A stretch of DNA of 64,000 nucleotides, taken from positions 62,001 to 126,000 of the forward strand of contig JAPETS010000050.1 in assembly GCA_026023565.1 (NCBI GenBank), given 5' to 3'. Below the pieces are notes generated by a model that saw nothing but the letters and a program-made list of their open reading frames with translations, was not told the origin of the DNA and did not search any database. The translations under genes were made by a program, and so were the position numbers. Shown one piece after another: positions 14,421 through 28,237 of this stretch (positions are counted from its first letter, which is position 1; every line of letters starts with the position of its first letter). Source of the stretch: Cirrosporium novae-zelandiae (Eukaryota).

Positions 14421-15279
14421 ATAATAGCCACATAACAAGTTTAGGCCTAGATCCAAAGAGCAGGAAGGCTATATTTATGAGGAAGAGAGGCTAAATGGTC
14501 TAAGACTCTGCAATTAGGCTTTTGGTGACAGCCAAACACCATCAACCTTAGGTAAAAGCCAGCCAGAACTTGGAGATACTAATCAAATGTTGAAAGAGAT
14601 GAGAGATGATTGGAATAAGGTTGGATGTCCCTTGGCAAGGTGAATGCGATGAGAACAATGAAGAATCAAATTCCATAAACTGCGCGGAAGACCCATAGAT
14701 GAATAGTCCTCTGCTACTCTCGCATGAGCGAAGGTATAAATACATAGGGATAACATATATTCAATGGTGCTAGCTGTTGCTATCTTAGAATGATATGCTG
14801 CTTAGATATATTTTTATACTTCTAGGAACGAATGTCTCTTAAAATATTGTAAATTGTAGGAAGAAGATTGTCTCTGTAGCACTGTAGTAAGGAAAACATA
14901 TTTGGAACATAAGCCGTCTGGAATTCTAATTAAAAAAATGTTATTTGAGTAAAGGTAAGTCTGGGAATAATTATTGTTGATGAGTTCAATTATCTAACTC
15001 ATTATTGGGACTAAGCTAACATGATCGGCGTCTTGGATGCCACAGCCGATAACTGCTTGGCGAGCTTCGGACTGCTACAACTTCGCGCATTAAGACTAAC
15101 ATCAGTACTTTAGCTTCTAAAAGCATTCTACCGACAACATAAACTGTAACATTTACCAGCCTCATTGCTGGTTCTTTCTCCTGTCCTTCTAAACTCCTCT
15201 CGATAATATCCGGGTGCTATTTCGAAATATTCCCGATCCGCCGCCCAACAACTCTGATTAATAAGACGACGCCTTGACG

Positions 15280-18200
15280 ATGGCGAAGGACAACGAGCAG
15301 CCAACTGCTGCGGAGAAGGGCAAGGGCAAGGTTACCGATGCCCAAAAGAATGGAGAAAAGCAGGTCGATGGGCCTAAGCATGATAAAGATGGGAAGCCTA
15401 TATCAAATGGTAAAAAAGACGACGATGAGCCGCAAGAAGGTATGAACCGAAAATATAAGATGAGCTTTGAATACCTAGCTCCAAGCCTTTATGTATTTGG
15501 TTTTTTACTAATATGTTTGTGATGCTTCAGAGGAGCTCAGTGAGGAGGATCAACAGCTCAAGAATGATTTAGAAATGCTTGTTGAAAGGCTACAGGTTAG
15601 TCTAAGCGGCTTTCTTCTTTATGATATTACTGACAGGGTTCGCAACTAGGAACCAGATAAAACTTTATATAAGCCGACGTTAGAAGCCATCAAAACCTCG
15701 ATCAAAACCTCGACATCTTCTATGACTGCTGTCCCCAAACCGTTGAAATTTCTAAGACCGCATTATGACGACCTCACAAAACTTTACGAGCAATGGCCTG
15801 CAGGAGAAGACAAGGTACCTGGCTGCTCAATAAGTAGTGAAGGCTTCTAACGTAGTTTTAGGACTCTCTCGCGGACATGATTTCAGTTCTAGGAATGACT
15901 TACGGCGACGAAGAAAGATTGGAGACGCTTAAATATCGGTTATTGACGCCAGTAGGGGACCTAGGCTCATGGGGTCATGAATATATTCGCCATTTAGCTC
16001 TGGAAATAGGGCAAGAATACCAAAAACGAGTGACAGATGATCAAGACACCGAGGACTTGGTGAAGCTCACTCGGACACTCGTCCCATACTTCCTTAGTCA
16101 TAATGCTGAAGCAGATGCGGTCGATATCCTCAGCGAATTGGAAATGATTGAAGAAATACCAGAGTACCTTGACAAGAACACCTATCCAAGAGTCTGCTTG
16201 TACATGGTCAGCATGGTTAACCTTCTCACATACCCTGAAGATCAACAATTCCTCCAAACTGCTCACAAGATTTATCGACAATACAATGAACTTGCACAGG
16301 CTATGGTAATTGCAATACGGCTGAATGACATGGCTCTTATCAAGGAGGATATCACATCTACCAAGGATAAGGCTCTAAGAAAACAGATGGCTTTTCTCAT
16401 CTCCCAGCAACAGATATGGCTGGAACCGTCAGAGATTGGGGTCACAGAGGATGAAGCAGACCTCGCCGATTGCCTAAACAACTCTAGGATGACAGATTAT
16501 TTCAAGACCTTGGCTAAGGAATTGAACATTTTGGATCCAAAAATGCCTGATGACATTTACAAAACACATTTGGAAAGTAGCCGAGTCGCCGGCCTTACAA
16601 ATGTGGATTCCGCACGACATAACCTTGCGAGCGCCTTTGTGAATGCTTTTACCAATGCTGGTTTCTGCAACGACAAGATGATGCTTGTTGAAGAGGACAA
16701 GAGTAGTTGGGTCTGGAAGACCAAAGATGACGGAATGCTGTCAACTACTGCGTCACTTGGCATGTTGTTGCAATGGGATATTGAAGATGGTCTTGACAGG
16801 GTTGACAAGTTTCAGTATGCGGAGGAAAGTCCCATCGAAGCTGGCGCATTCCTTGCAATTGGTATTCTCAATTCCGGCGTTCGATCTCCTGATTCCGATC
16901 CTGCATTGGCGCTGCTCGGCGAACCAGCGTTTGGAGGCAAAACCCCTCAAATCCAAATGGCTGCCATCATGGGTCTCGGGTTATCCTATGCAGGTTCAAA
17001 CAAAGAGGCGCTCTTGGAGATGCTTCTCCCTATCGTTGAAGATACTTCCTTGGACATGAAGGTGTCAGCTATGGCTGCCCTGGCTCTCGGAATGATTTTC
17101 GTAGGCTCATCGAATCAACACGTCAGCCAGGCCATCTCAATGACCCTCATGGACGAAGACCGGCAAAAGCAGCTTAAGGATAAGTGGACTAGATTTATGG
17201 CCTTAGGTCTTGCATTGCTCTACTTTGGAAGACAAGAGGAAGTTGATGTTATTTTAGACATCCTAAAAGCCATTGAACATCCTATGGCTAAACCAACAGC
17301 TGTACTTGCTGAAGCTTGCGCCTGGGCTGGCACAGGAACCGTCCTTAAACTTCAAGAACTGCTTCACATCTGCAACGACCACTATGACGATAAGGAAAAC
17401 AAAAAGACTGAGGAACTTATGCAAACATATGCAGTTCTCGGCCTGTCTCTTATTTCTATGGGTGAAGATGTTGGTCAAGAGATGGTCCTCCGCCAGTTCG
17501 GCCATTTGATGCACTATGGTGAACCCAACATCCGCAAAGCCGTCCCACTTGCGATGGGTCTCATCTCTCCAAGTAATCCTCAAATGAAGGTTTATGATAC
17601 ACTCTCGCGATATAGCCACGACAATGATAATGATGTTGCTATCAACGCCATTCTCGCTATGGGTATCCTCGGGGCTGGAACCAACAATGCTCGTCTTGCG
17701 CAACTCCTCCGCCAGCTTGCGAGCTACTACTCCCGCGACCAAAACTCCCTATTCATGGTTCGCATCGCACAGGGTCTGCTTCACCTGGGTAAAGGCACAC
17801 TCTCTCTTAGTCCATTTCACACAGACCGCCAAGTACTTTCGCGCGTCGCCTGCGCAGGGCTCCTTACCGTTCTTGTCTCTATGATCGACGCTAAGCAATT
17901 TATTCTTTCTGAATATCATTACCTTCTTTTCTTCTTCGTCACCGCCATGCACCCTCGATTCCTTGTCACGTTAGACGAGGATCTAAAACCTCTTACAGTA
18001 AATGTGAGAGTGGGAACGGCAGTGGACGTTGTAGGACAGGCAGGTCGACCAAAGACAATTACGGGATGGCAGACACAGAGTACGCCAGTAGTACTAAGCT
18101 TCGGTGAGAGGGCAGAGCTGGAGGATGAGCAGTATATACCTTTGAGTAGTACATTGGAAGGATTGGTTATTTTGAGGAAGGTGTGTGGTTATCTCCCTCC

Positions 18201-18298
18201 CCCATTCCCCCAAACTTCTTTTAATATATACACAAACCACTATGAACATCAGCTAACCCAAATTAAAACAGAACCCCGAATGGGATAATCAGCAATAA
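15280..18298 (+). CDS. RPN1: 26S proteasome regulatory subunit Rpn1 (PSMD2), multi-exon
   Basis: Contains [52 protein letters not shown] repeats and [29 protein letters not shown]. Last exon NPEWDNQQ* follows an intron at 18181-18271. Confidence 0.97.
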
Positions 18299-19063
18299 AC
18301 AACCGGAGAACTTCCAAAAAACCCAGGGATCAGAGAACACGAATTAATACTATCATGTCTAACTTGTCTCGATTGGTCCATCTAGAAGGTGGAGGGAAAG
18401 GGGTCGGGGGTGTGAAATGGGGGGCGGAAGCGTCTCGGAAGTACTACGTGGAAAACGTATTGGCTGTGGGCATTGTAGGGCCTTTCAAAAGGGTTGTAGA
18501 CTCGCAGTAGCATTCGACTAACCAACCAACCAACCAAACCGGGTCGACCTTTTTTATAAGAGAGACTGAAACCGGACTGGAATAAATGAATAAATAAAAC
18601 ACATACATTTTAGATAGAAAAGGAGGGAAAGGTAACGCAACGCAACGTAGATACGTTAGTAGCTGCGAATTGTTAATGCATGCATAAGTTATTTATGTTC
18701 TTTGTGTTGTTGTTTTTAATGGATGCAATTAGCCGCTGTGCATTAGACTATGTAACTGATTTGGGTGTTCTATGTTTGTGGCTAATTGTTGTTGTGGTTT
18801 CTGTTTATGTGTTTTGTTTGTTTTCATTCCATGTAAGTTGGTAGCGAGTAGATATATGATGTTTATTTACTGTATCCAGTTTACCTACTTTCGAAACTAT
18901 TATATGTATGTATATATGTCCTATAGTCTATCTGTATAAGTATATTAAATTATCAAAAAGTGACTGACTGGGTAAGTTATTGAGTAACCTCCAGTAATAT
19001 TGCACAATATATTATCAAGCATGGTAACCCACAGGTGCAAATCCAAGGGCAAGGCCAAAGAAG

Positions 19064-22000
19064 TCACCAACGACTCCCCTCAACCTGAGCACTCGCACTC
19101 ACGCTCCTCTTACTCTGACTTAGATCCCGTCTCCTAGTTTTTGTCATCCTCTCAGATGACTGACTCAGGCTCAACCTTCCATCCCTCCTATCCCTATCTG
19201 TCCCTTTGCTCTTATCTTTGTCTTTATCCATACTACCACTGTTATTACTTGTGGTTTGTATGCTCCTCTTCATTTCGCTCTCAACGTCCCAGCTTCGAAG
19301 AAAGCTTCCCACGTCGTCCATAATGTTGTCGAGATCGAGATTCGGAGGTGGAGAGATACGTTGGCCGTCGTCGAGCGGGATACTGGGAGAGAGGAGGGAA
19401 TGGTAAGTCGAGTGCGTTTGGGAGTGGGAAGTGGGTGTGGATGTGCGGTTGGGAGCGTCGAGAATCGAGGTTATGTCTATGGGACTAGGATTGGAATTGG
19501 GGGCTGGGAAGGGTGGAGGGGGCTTGGAGGATACGATATCGGATGGACCGAAGAGCGACGTTCGGGTGTGTGACGTCTCTTCCTTGTTGTTCATCGTTGC
19601 ATCTTCGTCATTGTGATCCCCCTCGTTCCTCTCTTTATCGTCATCACTATAGAGGGGCTCATGTATGCTTTCAACCTCATTTTTATCCCTATTCAAAGAT
19701 AGCATGGCGCCGAAATCAATTCTCGCGTTCTGTTTTTTAATCCAGTCTTTCGTGGTGGAGATAGAGGATGGTGATATAAAGGTGTTGAGAATAGCGTGTG
19801 TGTTCTGTCGAGGCGTGGTAACAGCTGTACGTTCATGACTAAGGCTGGGCGTATGGACGGCATGGGAAGTGGTCGGTTTTGGAGTGGTTGCATTATCTAT
19901 ATTGGGATATTTAACCTCTAAAACTTCCTCCGCTGGCGTAATCCGCGAGAAAAAATTATCTTGCAACGCAAGCTGAGCCCGGGCAGTCATGGTTTGAGTG
20001 GAAAGTATGCTTGATTCTTCATCCCCTCGGTTATGTCTCGTTGATTCACTCCTAAGATCCTCGAAGGTTGATTGTCTTGTATTTAAGTGCTCTGTAGTTT
20101 CACGTAGGTCGGTTGAAGGGGCTACAGACATGGGAATGTTGATGCCGCCATGGCCCGCAGAGACGACCTGGGCAGAGTAAAAGTTGATGGATGTGGTATG
20201 AGATGTGGCTGTCATAGCTGTAGCCGGCCTAGTATCGATTTTTAGAGATCCTGATGTCGCTGATCGGTAGGAATATTCTAGTGGACGTAGCCCAATCGGT
20301 TCATGTGATGCTGGGTATGTCTCTGGAACCGACGCCCTATCTGAGCCTCCTTTAACTGATTCTCCTTTAACTGATTCATCTGCTGTTGACACGGTACTGC
20401 CAGCGGGAGCAGGGTCTTTATGTGCATCCTGTGCAACAAGTTCTAGAGGCTCCGAATAGGTATCGTGAACGGTTGGTGATTTCCGCTCGCTAGGGGGTGG
20501 CTCATTAGCTGTTGTCGACGCTGGAGCTTTATCTACTTCTGTCGGTACTGCGGCTGCATTGTCTTCATCATTTTCGACATCAATATTCGAAACTTCTACT
20601 TCTTGTTCCTTATATAAGATCATTGGTGCTAGAGGCTCCTTGATTCTATAGTCCTCGGCGCTGGGACCTTCTAGTTCTTTTTCTTTGGTCGTTACAAGGG
20701 GTGGAGGGCTATTTTTCTTGGAACCATTCTTGCCAGAATTTTCGGCTGTTGCTTCTTGTGAGAATAGCCTTTGCCTTTGCTGATATTCGGATTTAGGGAC
20801 AATAGGAGACGAAGGTAGGGTATGAACCGACTGACGGCTATGTAAAGAGCGAGCATACTTTTTCTTTTGCTTCTTGTTTGAAGACCGAATTTTAGGTGGT
20901 TCAGTCAGCTGCCTGCCATAGTGTTTGTGGGAAGTATGGCTTTTGATCGGTGTACTAGTAGCACGAACATAACCCTCTTCCTGACTGAGTGTAACTGAGA
21001 GGTTAGATTCTAATGAAGGATCCGCTTTCCAAGGAATATGATCTCTCCGAAAGTCCTCTGCTGAATTGAATGAATCTGAGTTATGAGCTATAGAGGTGAA
21101 TGAACTTCGGGAAGGAATGCGAGGCGCAGGCGGTTCGGATGCCCTTGTTTGTTTGAAACTTGCTTTATAGAAGCCAGATTTGGATGGCGATTCCCATACG
21201 GGTTCAGAGCGAGATCCACTGGTCACAAAGCTGGGTGTGATATTAGTCTTCATTATGGTCCTCCTTGAATATTTTCCGTTCCTCTTTGTAGATGGTGTGT
21301 TGATTGCCTCAAAGCTTGAGCTCGATATCTCATGTTCAGTTTGTGTTTGCTTAGCACCAGGCAGAGAAATTTGGGAATGATCCCGTTCCTCTATTATAGT
21401 GTCTTTTTCTGAAATATCATCGGGAGGGGTTCCTCTCAGAGGAAGAGAGGATTCAGGTATGGTTCTAGTAAAACTGTACTGCTGACTCAATAGAACCATA
21501 GAAACATCCTGATTTCTGCTGCGAGTTCTACTGCTTTTATCTGCCAGTCCATCATCCTGTGAGAGTAAATATTTTCTATCCTTCTCTAAATCTCGCAACC
21601 GGCGCCTTTCTCGTTTGGCCGATTTTTTTCCTTGACGAGATTTTGTAGCTTCTTCTGTAGACATAATCACCGGTGGAGTATGGTATTTCATCCCATCGCG
21701 TTTAGCCTCTGCGTCTGTTTGTTTTGTTTCTTGTACTTCTTCATCTTGATCTACATCATTGATACTGTGGTTCCTCTCTGCTTTAATTCTTTTTCCTTTT
21801 ACTAAGTCTTGTCTGTCCTGAGGCTGGGATATGGGCTCGCCAACTCGATCTTCTATAGCCTTTGGTTTCTTCCAGGGATTTACCCATGGAGAGACTAACG
21901 GTCCACGCAAGGAAGCACTGGCGATGAACAGCCTATGACCAGCAAGATATGACTTTGCCAGTTTCTCGACCCTTCGGCGCTTAGATGGTGGCAATACAAA

Positions 22001-22096
22001 GTCATGTTCGTCCCCGGAACTCTCGTAAAGTATTTCAGAGCGGTCTGGAATTAGTGGTTCGAATAAGACGGGAGAGACTGCCCTTTTGAATGGCAT
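19064..22096 (-). CDS. Uncharacterised ~1000-aa low-complexity Ser/Thr/Pro/Lys-rich protein
   Basis: 3-kb uninterrupted ORF with first ATG at 22096 (MPFKRAVSP). Short conserved-looking blocks at the N-terminus (YLAGHRLFIASASLRGPL..PWVNPW) and C-terminus (LDNIMDDVGSFLRSWDVE). NLS-like SKRRR. Confidence 0.8.
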   Translation of the reverse strand: MPFKRAVSPVLFEPLIPDRSEILYESSGDEHDFVLPPSKRRRVEKLAKSYLAGHRLFIASASLRGPLVSPWVNPWKKPKAIEDRVGEPISQPQDRQDLVKGKRIKAERNHSINDVDQDEEVQETKQTDAEAKRDGMKYHTPPVIMSTEEATKSRQGKKSAKRERRRLRDLEKDRKYLLSQDDGLADKSSRTRSRNQDVSMVLLSQQYSFTRTIPESSLPLRGTPPDDISEKDTIIEERDHSQISLPGAKQTQTEHEISSSSFEAINTPSTKRNGKYSRRTIMKTNITPSFVTSGSRSEPVWESPSKSGFYKASFKQTRASEPPAPRIPSRSSFTSIAHNSDSFNSAEDFRRDHIPWKADPSLESNLSVTLSQEEGYVRATSTPIKSHTSHKHYGRQLTEPPKIRSSNKKQKKKYARSLHSRQSVHTLPSSPIVPKSEYQQRQRLFSQEATAENSGKNGSKKNSPPPLVTTKEKELEGPSAEDYRIKEPLAPMILYKEQEVEVSNIDVENDEDNAAAVPTEVDKAPASTTANEPPPSERKSPTVHDTYSEPLELVAQDAHKDPAPAGSTVSTADESVKGESVKGGSDRASVPETYPASHEPIGLRPLEYSYRSATSGSLKIDTRPATAMTATSHTTSINFYSAQVVSAGHGGINIPMSVAPSTDLRETTEHLNTRQSTFEDLRSESTRHNRGDEESSILSTQTMTARAQLALQDNFFSRITPAEEVLEVKYPNIDNATTPKPTTSHAVHTPSLSHERTAVTTPRQNTHAILNTFISPSSISTTKDWIKKQNARIDFGAMLSLNRDKNEVESIHEPLYSDDDKERNEGDHNDEDATMNNKEETSHTRTSLFGPSDIVSSKPPPPFPAPNSNPSPIDITSILDAPNRTSTPTSHSQTHSTYHSLLSPSIPLDDGQRISPPPNLDLDNIMDDVGSFLRSWDVESEMKRSIQTTSNNSGSMDKDKDKSKGTDRDRRDGRLSLSQSSERMTKTRRRDLSQSKRSVSASAQVEGSRW

Positions 22097-22660
22097 CGCG
22101 TCAAGTCTTGAGAGAGGCACGTCGTTGCCAGCTAGAGAGTAATCTAAAAGAAATTGTTAGACTGATAATAATCAGAACCATAAGAGAATTTCAGCTTACG
22201 TTCTCTCTAATATCATCAGACTTGATCAACATCGTGTATAGTTAGTTGTATTGTCCAAGTAGGTGACGGAGGCAATTGCTACGGATTTCCCGCGGTGTCA
22301 TGTGATTGGCGTGTGTCCATTAATTTACGCGCCTGCACTGTTGTTCTTGTTTACACTAACTACTTCAGGTCGTATCGCAACGAAACGTTTGACTTATCCT
22401 GCAGATACCAAGGTACCGCCAAAGTATCAAAGTATTATTTATCGGCCTACATTATTTTGGTGACCGAGCACATCCAACTGCGCCGACTACTTATTGACAC
22501 ATTTTCCATGAATATTCTCAACCATTGTTATTCTTCCTGACCGCCTACCACATGCACGTAATGCCAGCACAGGAATCAACTGTTTGGCTTGAGATAACCA
22601 GTATTGCCTTGCGACCTTGGTCATCTCAACCACTTTATAAACAACAAATATCACTGAGCA

Positions 22661-25600
22661 ATGGAGAGAACCGAAACTTGGCTTGACTCACTGTCGGAAG
22701 ATTGGGTATCAGAACCACGTTCATCTCCTAATTCCCTTTTAAAAAAGGTGTGCTTTGCTGCTTCTGCTTCCCTCTGCTCCACCTGATGATCATCAACAGA
22801 GTCGGATACCCCGCCCTAGCTCCGCCACTTCTGGCTCAACATCCAAAACTGGCACTTCGAGTAGTCAGAACTCTGCTTGTCATTTCTCCAAGACGTCAAG
22901 CAAAGTATTAAATGAATCCATTCAATCGAAGCTCAATGTCGTTGACCTCGGTAATATCAACGGAACCACAAAGACCGAACAAACCGCGTCGGACTATTCA
23001 CTGCAATCCGTTCAACGTCACGATGTTTCTCGTCAACCCCTCGACTCCTCACATGGCGTTGGACATGGCACACCTGAATGGAAGAAGAGATTGATACTTG
23101 GTGAGGGAATAAATGGCGAGCAACGCGACTTGTTTGGCCCAATTGGCCTGGAAAGCATTTTTCAACCTTCTTCCGCCCAACCTAAGGAACAGACTAAACT
23201 AGCCTTCCGATTGCCTATCGACCAAGGGAGCTTGTCGGGTGATGATTCGATCCTGATTCGACATGTACAGCAAGACACTGATAGCTTTGAGGAAGGCAGT
23301 GTAGTGCACATAACACAGGAGGAACATGCGGTCAGTGATAAAGCAGATGACTCTCTTCTGGATGAAGCAATTTCACAGGATGAGCCTCCGCATAATGATT
23401 CCCAACAACATTCAGATGAAAGTACAGAGGGATCTGCACCTAATGCTGAAAATCCGGTAACAGCTCCTCGCGAAATCTCCGACGAAGATTCACAATCAAA
23501 GGAAGTATCTACACTGCGACCTAACTACTCTAGGGTTCCAAACAGTCAAGGAGATATGCCTCTTGAAAAGATGTTTCTGCCAAGGGGAGATCTAGAAAGA
23601 GAAAATGTTCCTTCGTCCGACCCATTATCACCACATGAACTACCGACACTTCCTCCCGTAGACCAAACTCCTACCGGTATACCTGGAATTGAAATCCAGT
23701 ACTCTGATTGGGCTTGCTCATCGCTCCCTGGCGATTTATCTATGGGAACACAAGAGTTTGTTTCTAAAGGAGGCTTTATTAATATGCGCCGAGGCGGTTA
23801 TTCCAATGATGGGTCGTTTCGAAACAGGATGCTTAGCGTTGTGTCCCCTCCGTCTGAACTTGGTAATAAACCATTAAAGATTTCCAAGCTAGCGTCGCGC
23901 GATACGTCAAAGGTACCTGCAATTGAAGAAGACACAGAAATCTCAGAAGATATCCCACCCAAAGCCCCAACACCGCCTGAACAATTGCAACTACCCCGGA
24001 CTCCAGGAAATATAAATCATGAGAGCCTGAGCCCTGACAGGGCAAAATCATCAGGAAGCCCTCTGAAAATATTTAACAGTAACTATGACACTTTCACAAA
24101 AGAGAGACTTCTTCGTCGAATCAGCCAATTGGAAAACCCATCCAATGATGAAGACTGTCCCATCCGTCAACAATCCTCGCCGACTCACCGATCAGCCAAA
24201 GATCAACTCCCTTATATTCGCAGGAAGTCAGCCATCGAAGCAAACCAGATTCCCCTCTTACCAAATCCCGTAGATGCTCAAAAGGAATTTGGCAGCGGCC
24301 AGTTGGAGGGTTACGACTTCAAGGAGGATAGTACCTTCATGTCCTCTCGATCCATTGATTTCGATGAGGATGCAGAGAATCGCCCACCTGTGCCACAGCT
24401 TCAAAGAAACACGCAGCCGCTCTTCAATTCCCGTAAAGCGCACAGTATTCGTTCATTTTCTGGAGAAGGAACGTTTCGTACACGCCAATACGAAAGCTTA
24501 TCTAAGATAGAATTGTCACGATTGTTGCAAAGAAATGACCATAGTGTACGACGTTTAAGCCATGACATGCAACTGATGATTATAGAAAACGGTGATACTG
24601 AGGACGAAGTCGAGATACGTGATGGCAAACGCCCGAGAAGTTCACCACAGAAGCACCCTACTCCGAAACGGCGTCGCACCCTACTTGCGACGGATGAGAA
24701 TGAGGAAGGAGAGGTTGATGGCAATCAAGAGGCACCTAGGGCAGAATCAACTGGCCGACGTACACAGTCTCTGGTTGGAAAGAAAAAGAAAGGCGCCCTA
24801 TACGGTAACATTTCTCAAGTACCAGATCCAAGTATTATCCGTCCAAGCACCCCTACCCCGAATCAGAGTCGCTCTAAGAACAGCATGCCGTTTCCGGCAG
24901 AAAAAGGGAGACTCTCTACAAGCGCTTCTAAGAAAGCAGAGGGTGAGATTGCTGACAAAAGCATGCAAGCAAACGACGGAACTCGGAAGATCTCAGTTGC
25001 AACCCAAGATTACTTTGAGGAGGCGAATATAATTATGAGCATGATTCGAGCGAGAGCGCAACCTGAGCTAGATGGCGTTGAAGAATCCCAAAATGAAGAC
25101 GACTGCGAGGCGAGTACAGTTGAGGCATCGTTCTACACGGAATCAACAAAAGAACCGTTCTCGAGACCTCCTAGCCGTGAATATGTCAGCATGCGCAAAC
25201 GGCCACCACCTCAGGTCATGGATCCTAACGTCGTTAATCAGCTTAAGAAGTTCCAAGAAAGCGGTAATGACGAGATTGACATTAGCCCTTCGTTCAAGTC
25301 CTTGCGCATAGATTCTGCAGTACGGCCAGACCCAGAACAAGCTATCCCCGCGCCTATAAGCGAATATGGATTTGAAAGTTATCCTCCAAACATTCGTATA
25401 ACAGAGAGCGAGGCCATGCAGCGAAAACGAAAGCACTCGGGATCAACACTAAAAACAGGGCAAAAGTCTCATACATCATCTACCGACTCTCCCCCTCCAA
25501 CCTTCCCCACAACTTCCTCGGTTGGCTCAGCTAATAAACATATCTTACCATGTGATGCAGTCTCCCATTTGATACCAAGTCAGGTTGCAGGCATGACCTA

Positions 25601-28237
25601 TAGTTCAGTGAGGAAAGCTTGGGTGAAAGATCGAAGATCAATGGATCTTCGGGTTCAGGAGCAACGCAAGGAGGTCAGCATGACGTCCGATGGAGACCCA
25701 TTTGCTGGTATTCCAGACTTAACTGTGGATATGATTCAGGAAATGAACCAGATACAAGCCGAAAGATCGCCAAGAAAACTGTGGAGTCTCAGCCAGGACT
25801 CTCATCGATTCGAAGAGATACCAGCTAATAGCCGCCATTCTAAATCGCAAAAATCAGATGAAGGCCTCATCAACAGCCGTCCGATTATGCGTGGGAATGC
25901 CATGTCAGCTAAAACCGATGCCAGCTCAACGCAATCAAAACGATCAATACTTGATTACAGTATGCGTGAAAGTGATACAAGAGCAACATCATTGAGCCAT
26001 GAAGCTAAGTCAAGGAAAGGTTCCAAAACAGGTTCTCAGCGTACACATACAACTGAAGAGCATACAGAAGAGGTTGAACATGAGATCAAACTTCATGAGG
26101 GTCGTTCTCATGAAGTTCCCGCCCACTTTGCCGAAGACCGCCAGCCAAGAGCTGTTACTATTACTTTTTCGTCTTCGTTGATATCCCCTGATCTTCGACG
26201 GTCCCAAGGGGTAGAATCGCAAAGTGATGCGTCAATTTGGGAAGACAATGACGATAGTCAAGATGGAAAATACAGTAATGGTTCAACTCCATCAGCAAAC
26301 CGGACTTCCTACAGTGTCGGCTCGAAATTTGTCTACCGAGGAGCCGCTCGTCGGTCCTCGCAGAGTGGCAAGTCGTTCACAGGCAGGCCTGTTTCTCGAA
26401 TCGACGAACAAGACGAAATATCGCAAATAAACCTTACTCAAAATCCACTTCGCTCAAGCCTTTCGTTGATTGTATCAACTCCACTACCTCTTCGAGACCT
26501 TCCTGGCAGTGCTTCAATGCCTCCACCAAGCACCAGCAAGAAATCCAATGTGACGTTTCACCTCGATACTTTGCCAGATTTCACCATGAACCAGGTTGAT
26601 GAGCCTTTTCAGCTTGAAGTTAATTACCTTGCAAACCGCAACGGAAAGCTTTCTCTGAAAGATGCCGAAGCAAGTTTATCGCAGGCAATCGATCATCTGG
26701 TTAGAAGCATCACCGATGTCGAGCCATACGAACCATATTGGGAATACATTCGTTCTCTTGACATCAGTAAGAAAGGCTTGGTCACCCTGCTCATGCTCAG
26801 TGAATTTTGTGATCGTATTGAAGATCTCGACGTTTCCCACAATGAACTTGGGCAGGTCAGTGGTGCCCCCAGCACTGTTCGGTATCTGAAAGCTCAATAT
26901 AACTGCCTATCTAATTTAACAACTTGGAACCATTTGATGAATCTCCAGCATCTCGACATCTCAAATAATGAGTTGGAAAGCCTAGATGGGTTCAAGGGTC
27001 TCATTCACCTGAGAGAGTTGAAGGCAGACAATAACAAGGTCAATATTATTGATGGGATATTGGGCCTGGAGGGCTTAATGTCATTGAGCTTGAAAGGCAA
27101 TCGCCTACAAAAGGTCAATTTCACGGATTGTGAGCTGTAAGTTGACGAAATACACAATACATGCTTAGTTGTATTGAGCTAATATTTGCCTCTAGGAAAC
27201 GATTGACCGGACTCAATATGAGCAACAACGAGTTAACCGAAATGAATGGCTTAGGCTACTTACCATCACTCAGCCGCCTTGATCTTGGTAAATGACTGCT
27301 ACTCCGCAAAAACCATTAAAGCTTGCTAACCAATACAGATCATAATAAATTTTCTTCATTTCCTTTGAAAGATGGGCATGTTCCTTCTGATCTTAGGATC
27401 TTGATGCTACGTGACAATCGTCTTAAAAGACTCGATGTGTCAAATGTTCCGCGACTTCGGGCTTTGTGTGTCGACAGGAATCAATTAACCAAAGTCGACG
27501 GCATTCGTTCAACCTATCACTTGAATCTTCTCTCTATGCAGGACCAGGAGAAGCCCGGCCGGACCGACAGCTGTAACTTGGACATCAAGGACTACTTTGA
27601 AATACGAAAACTTTGGCTTTCCGGTAACCCTTCACCGAGCTTATCCATGAACCACTCGTTTCTTTCTTTACAGGGCCTCTCGCTGGCTTCTTGTGGCCTT
27701 CAGACCCTTCCTGCTTCCTTTGGCCAGCTTTTCCCCAATGTTCGTGTTCTGAATCTCAATTACAATGCGCTCAAAGATATTCGGCCCTTACTCGGAATTG
27801 TTCGTCTCACGAGGCTTCATCTAGCTGGAAATCGAATCTCACGTTTGAGACGCACGGTTGGTGTTCTTCGAAAATTTTCACATTTGCAGCTGGTCGATTT
27901 GAGGAACAACCACCTTACTGTCGGTTTTTATCCTGCACCATCGACCGAAAATCAAATTGTCTTGCATGGAGAGCAGTATGATGAAGATGATCAATATAAG
28001 GAGTCTGACCATTACGTTCTGTCAAATACCGACGAAAAGGCAGATCGTCTTTACCGGAGCCGGTTGGATAAGGGAACCGGGCTGAGACGGCGTGTATATG
28101 AGTTACTGCTTGCCTCTCAATGCTCAAGACTCACACAAGTGGATGGCCTTCAACTTGATTGGGATGAGGTATCGAAGGAGCATGAACTCTGCAAGAAATT
28201 GGTAGACCTTTCCGTTTTGAAGATTGATGATGAATAA
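22661..28237 (+). CDS. sepK: Septation-initiation-network/SPB scaffold with C-terminal leucine-rich repeats (Cdc11/Nud1/SepK-like)
   Basis: Exon 1 reads MERTETWLDSLSEDWVSEPRS. Long disordered middle with SGSPLKIF..YDTFTKERLLRRISQLE. Followed by EPYEPYWE and many LxxLDLSxNxL repeats across further exons. Confidence 0.85.
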
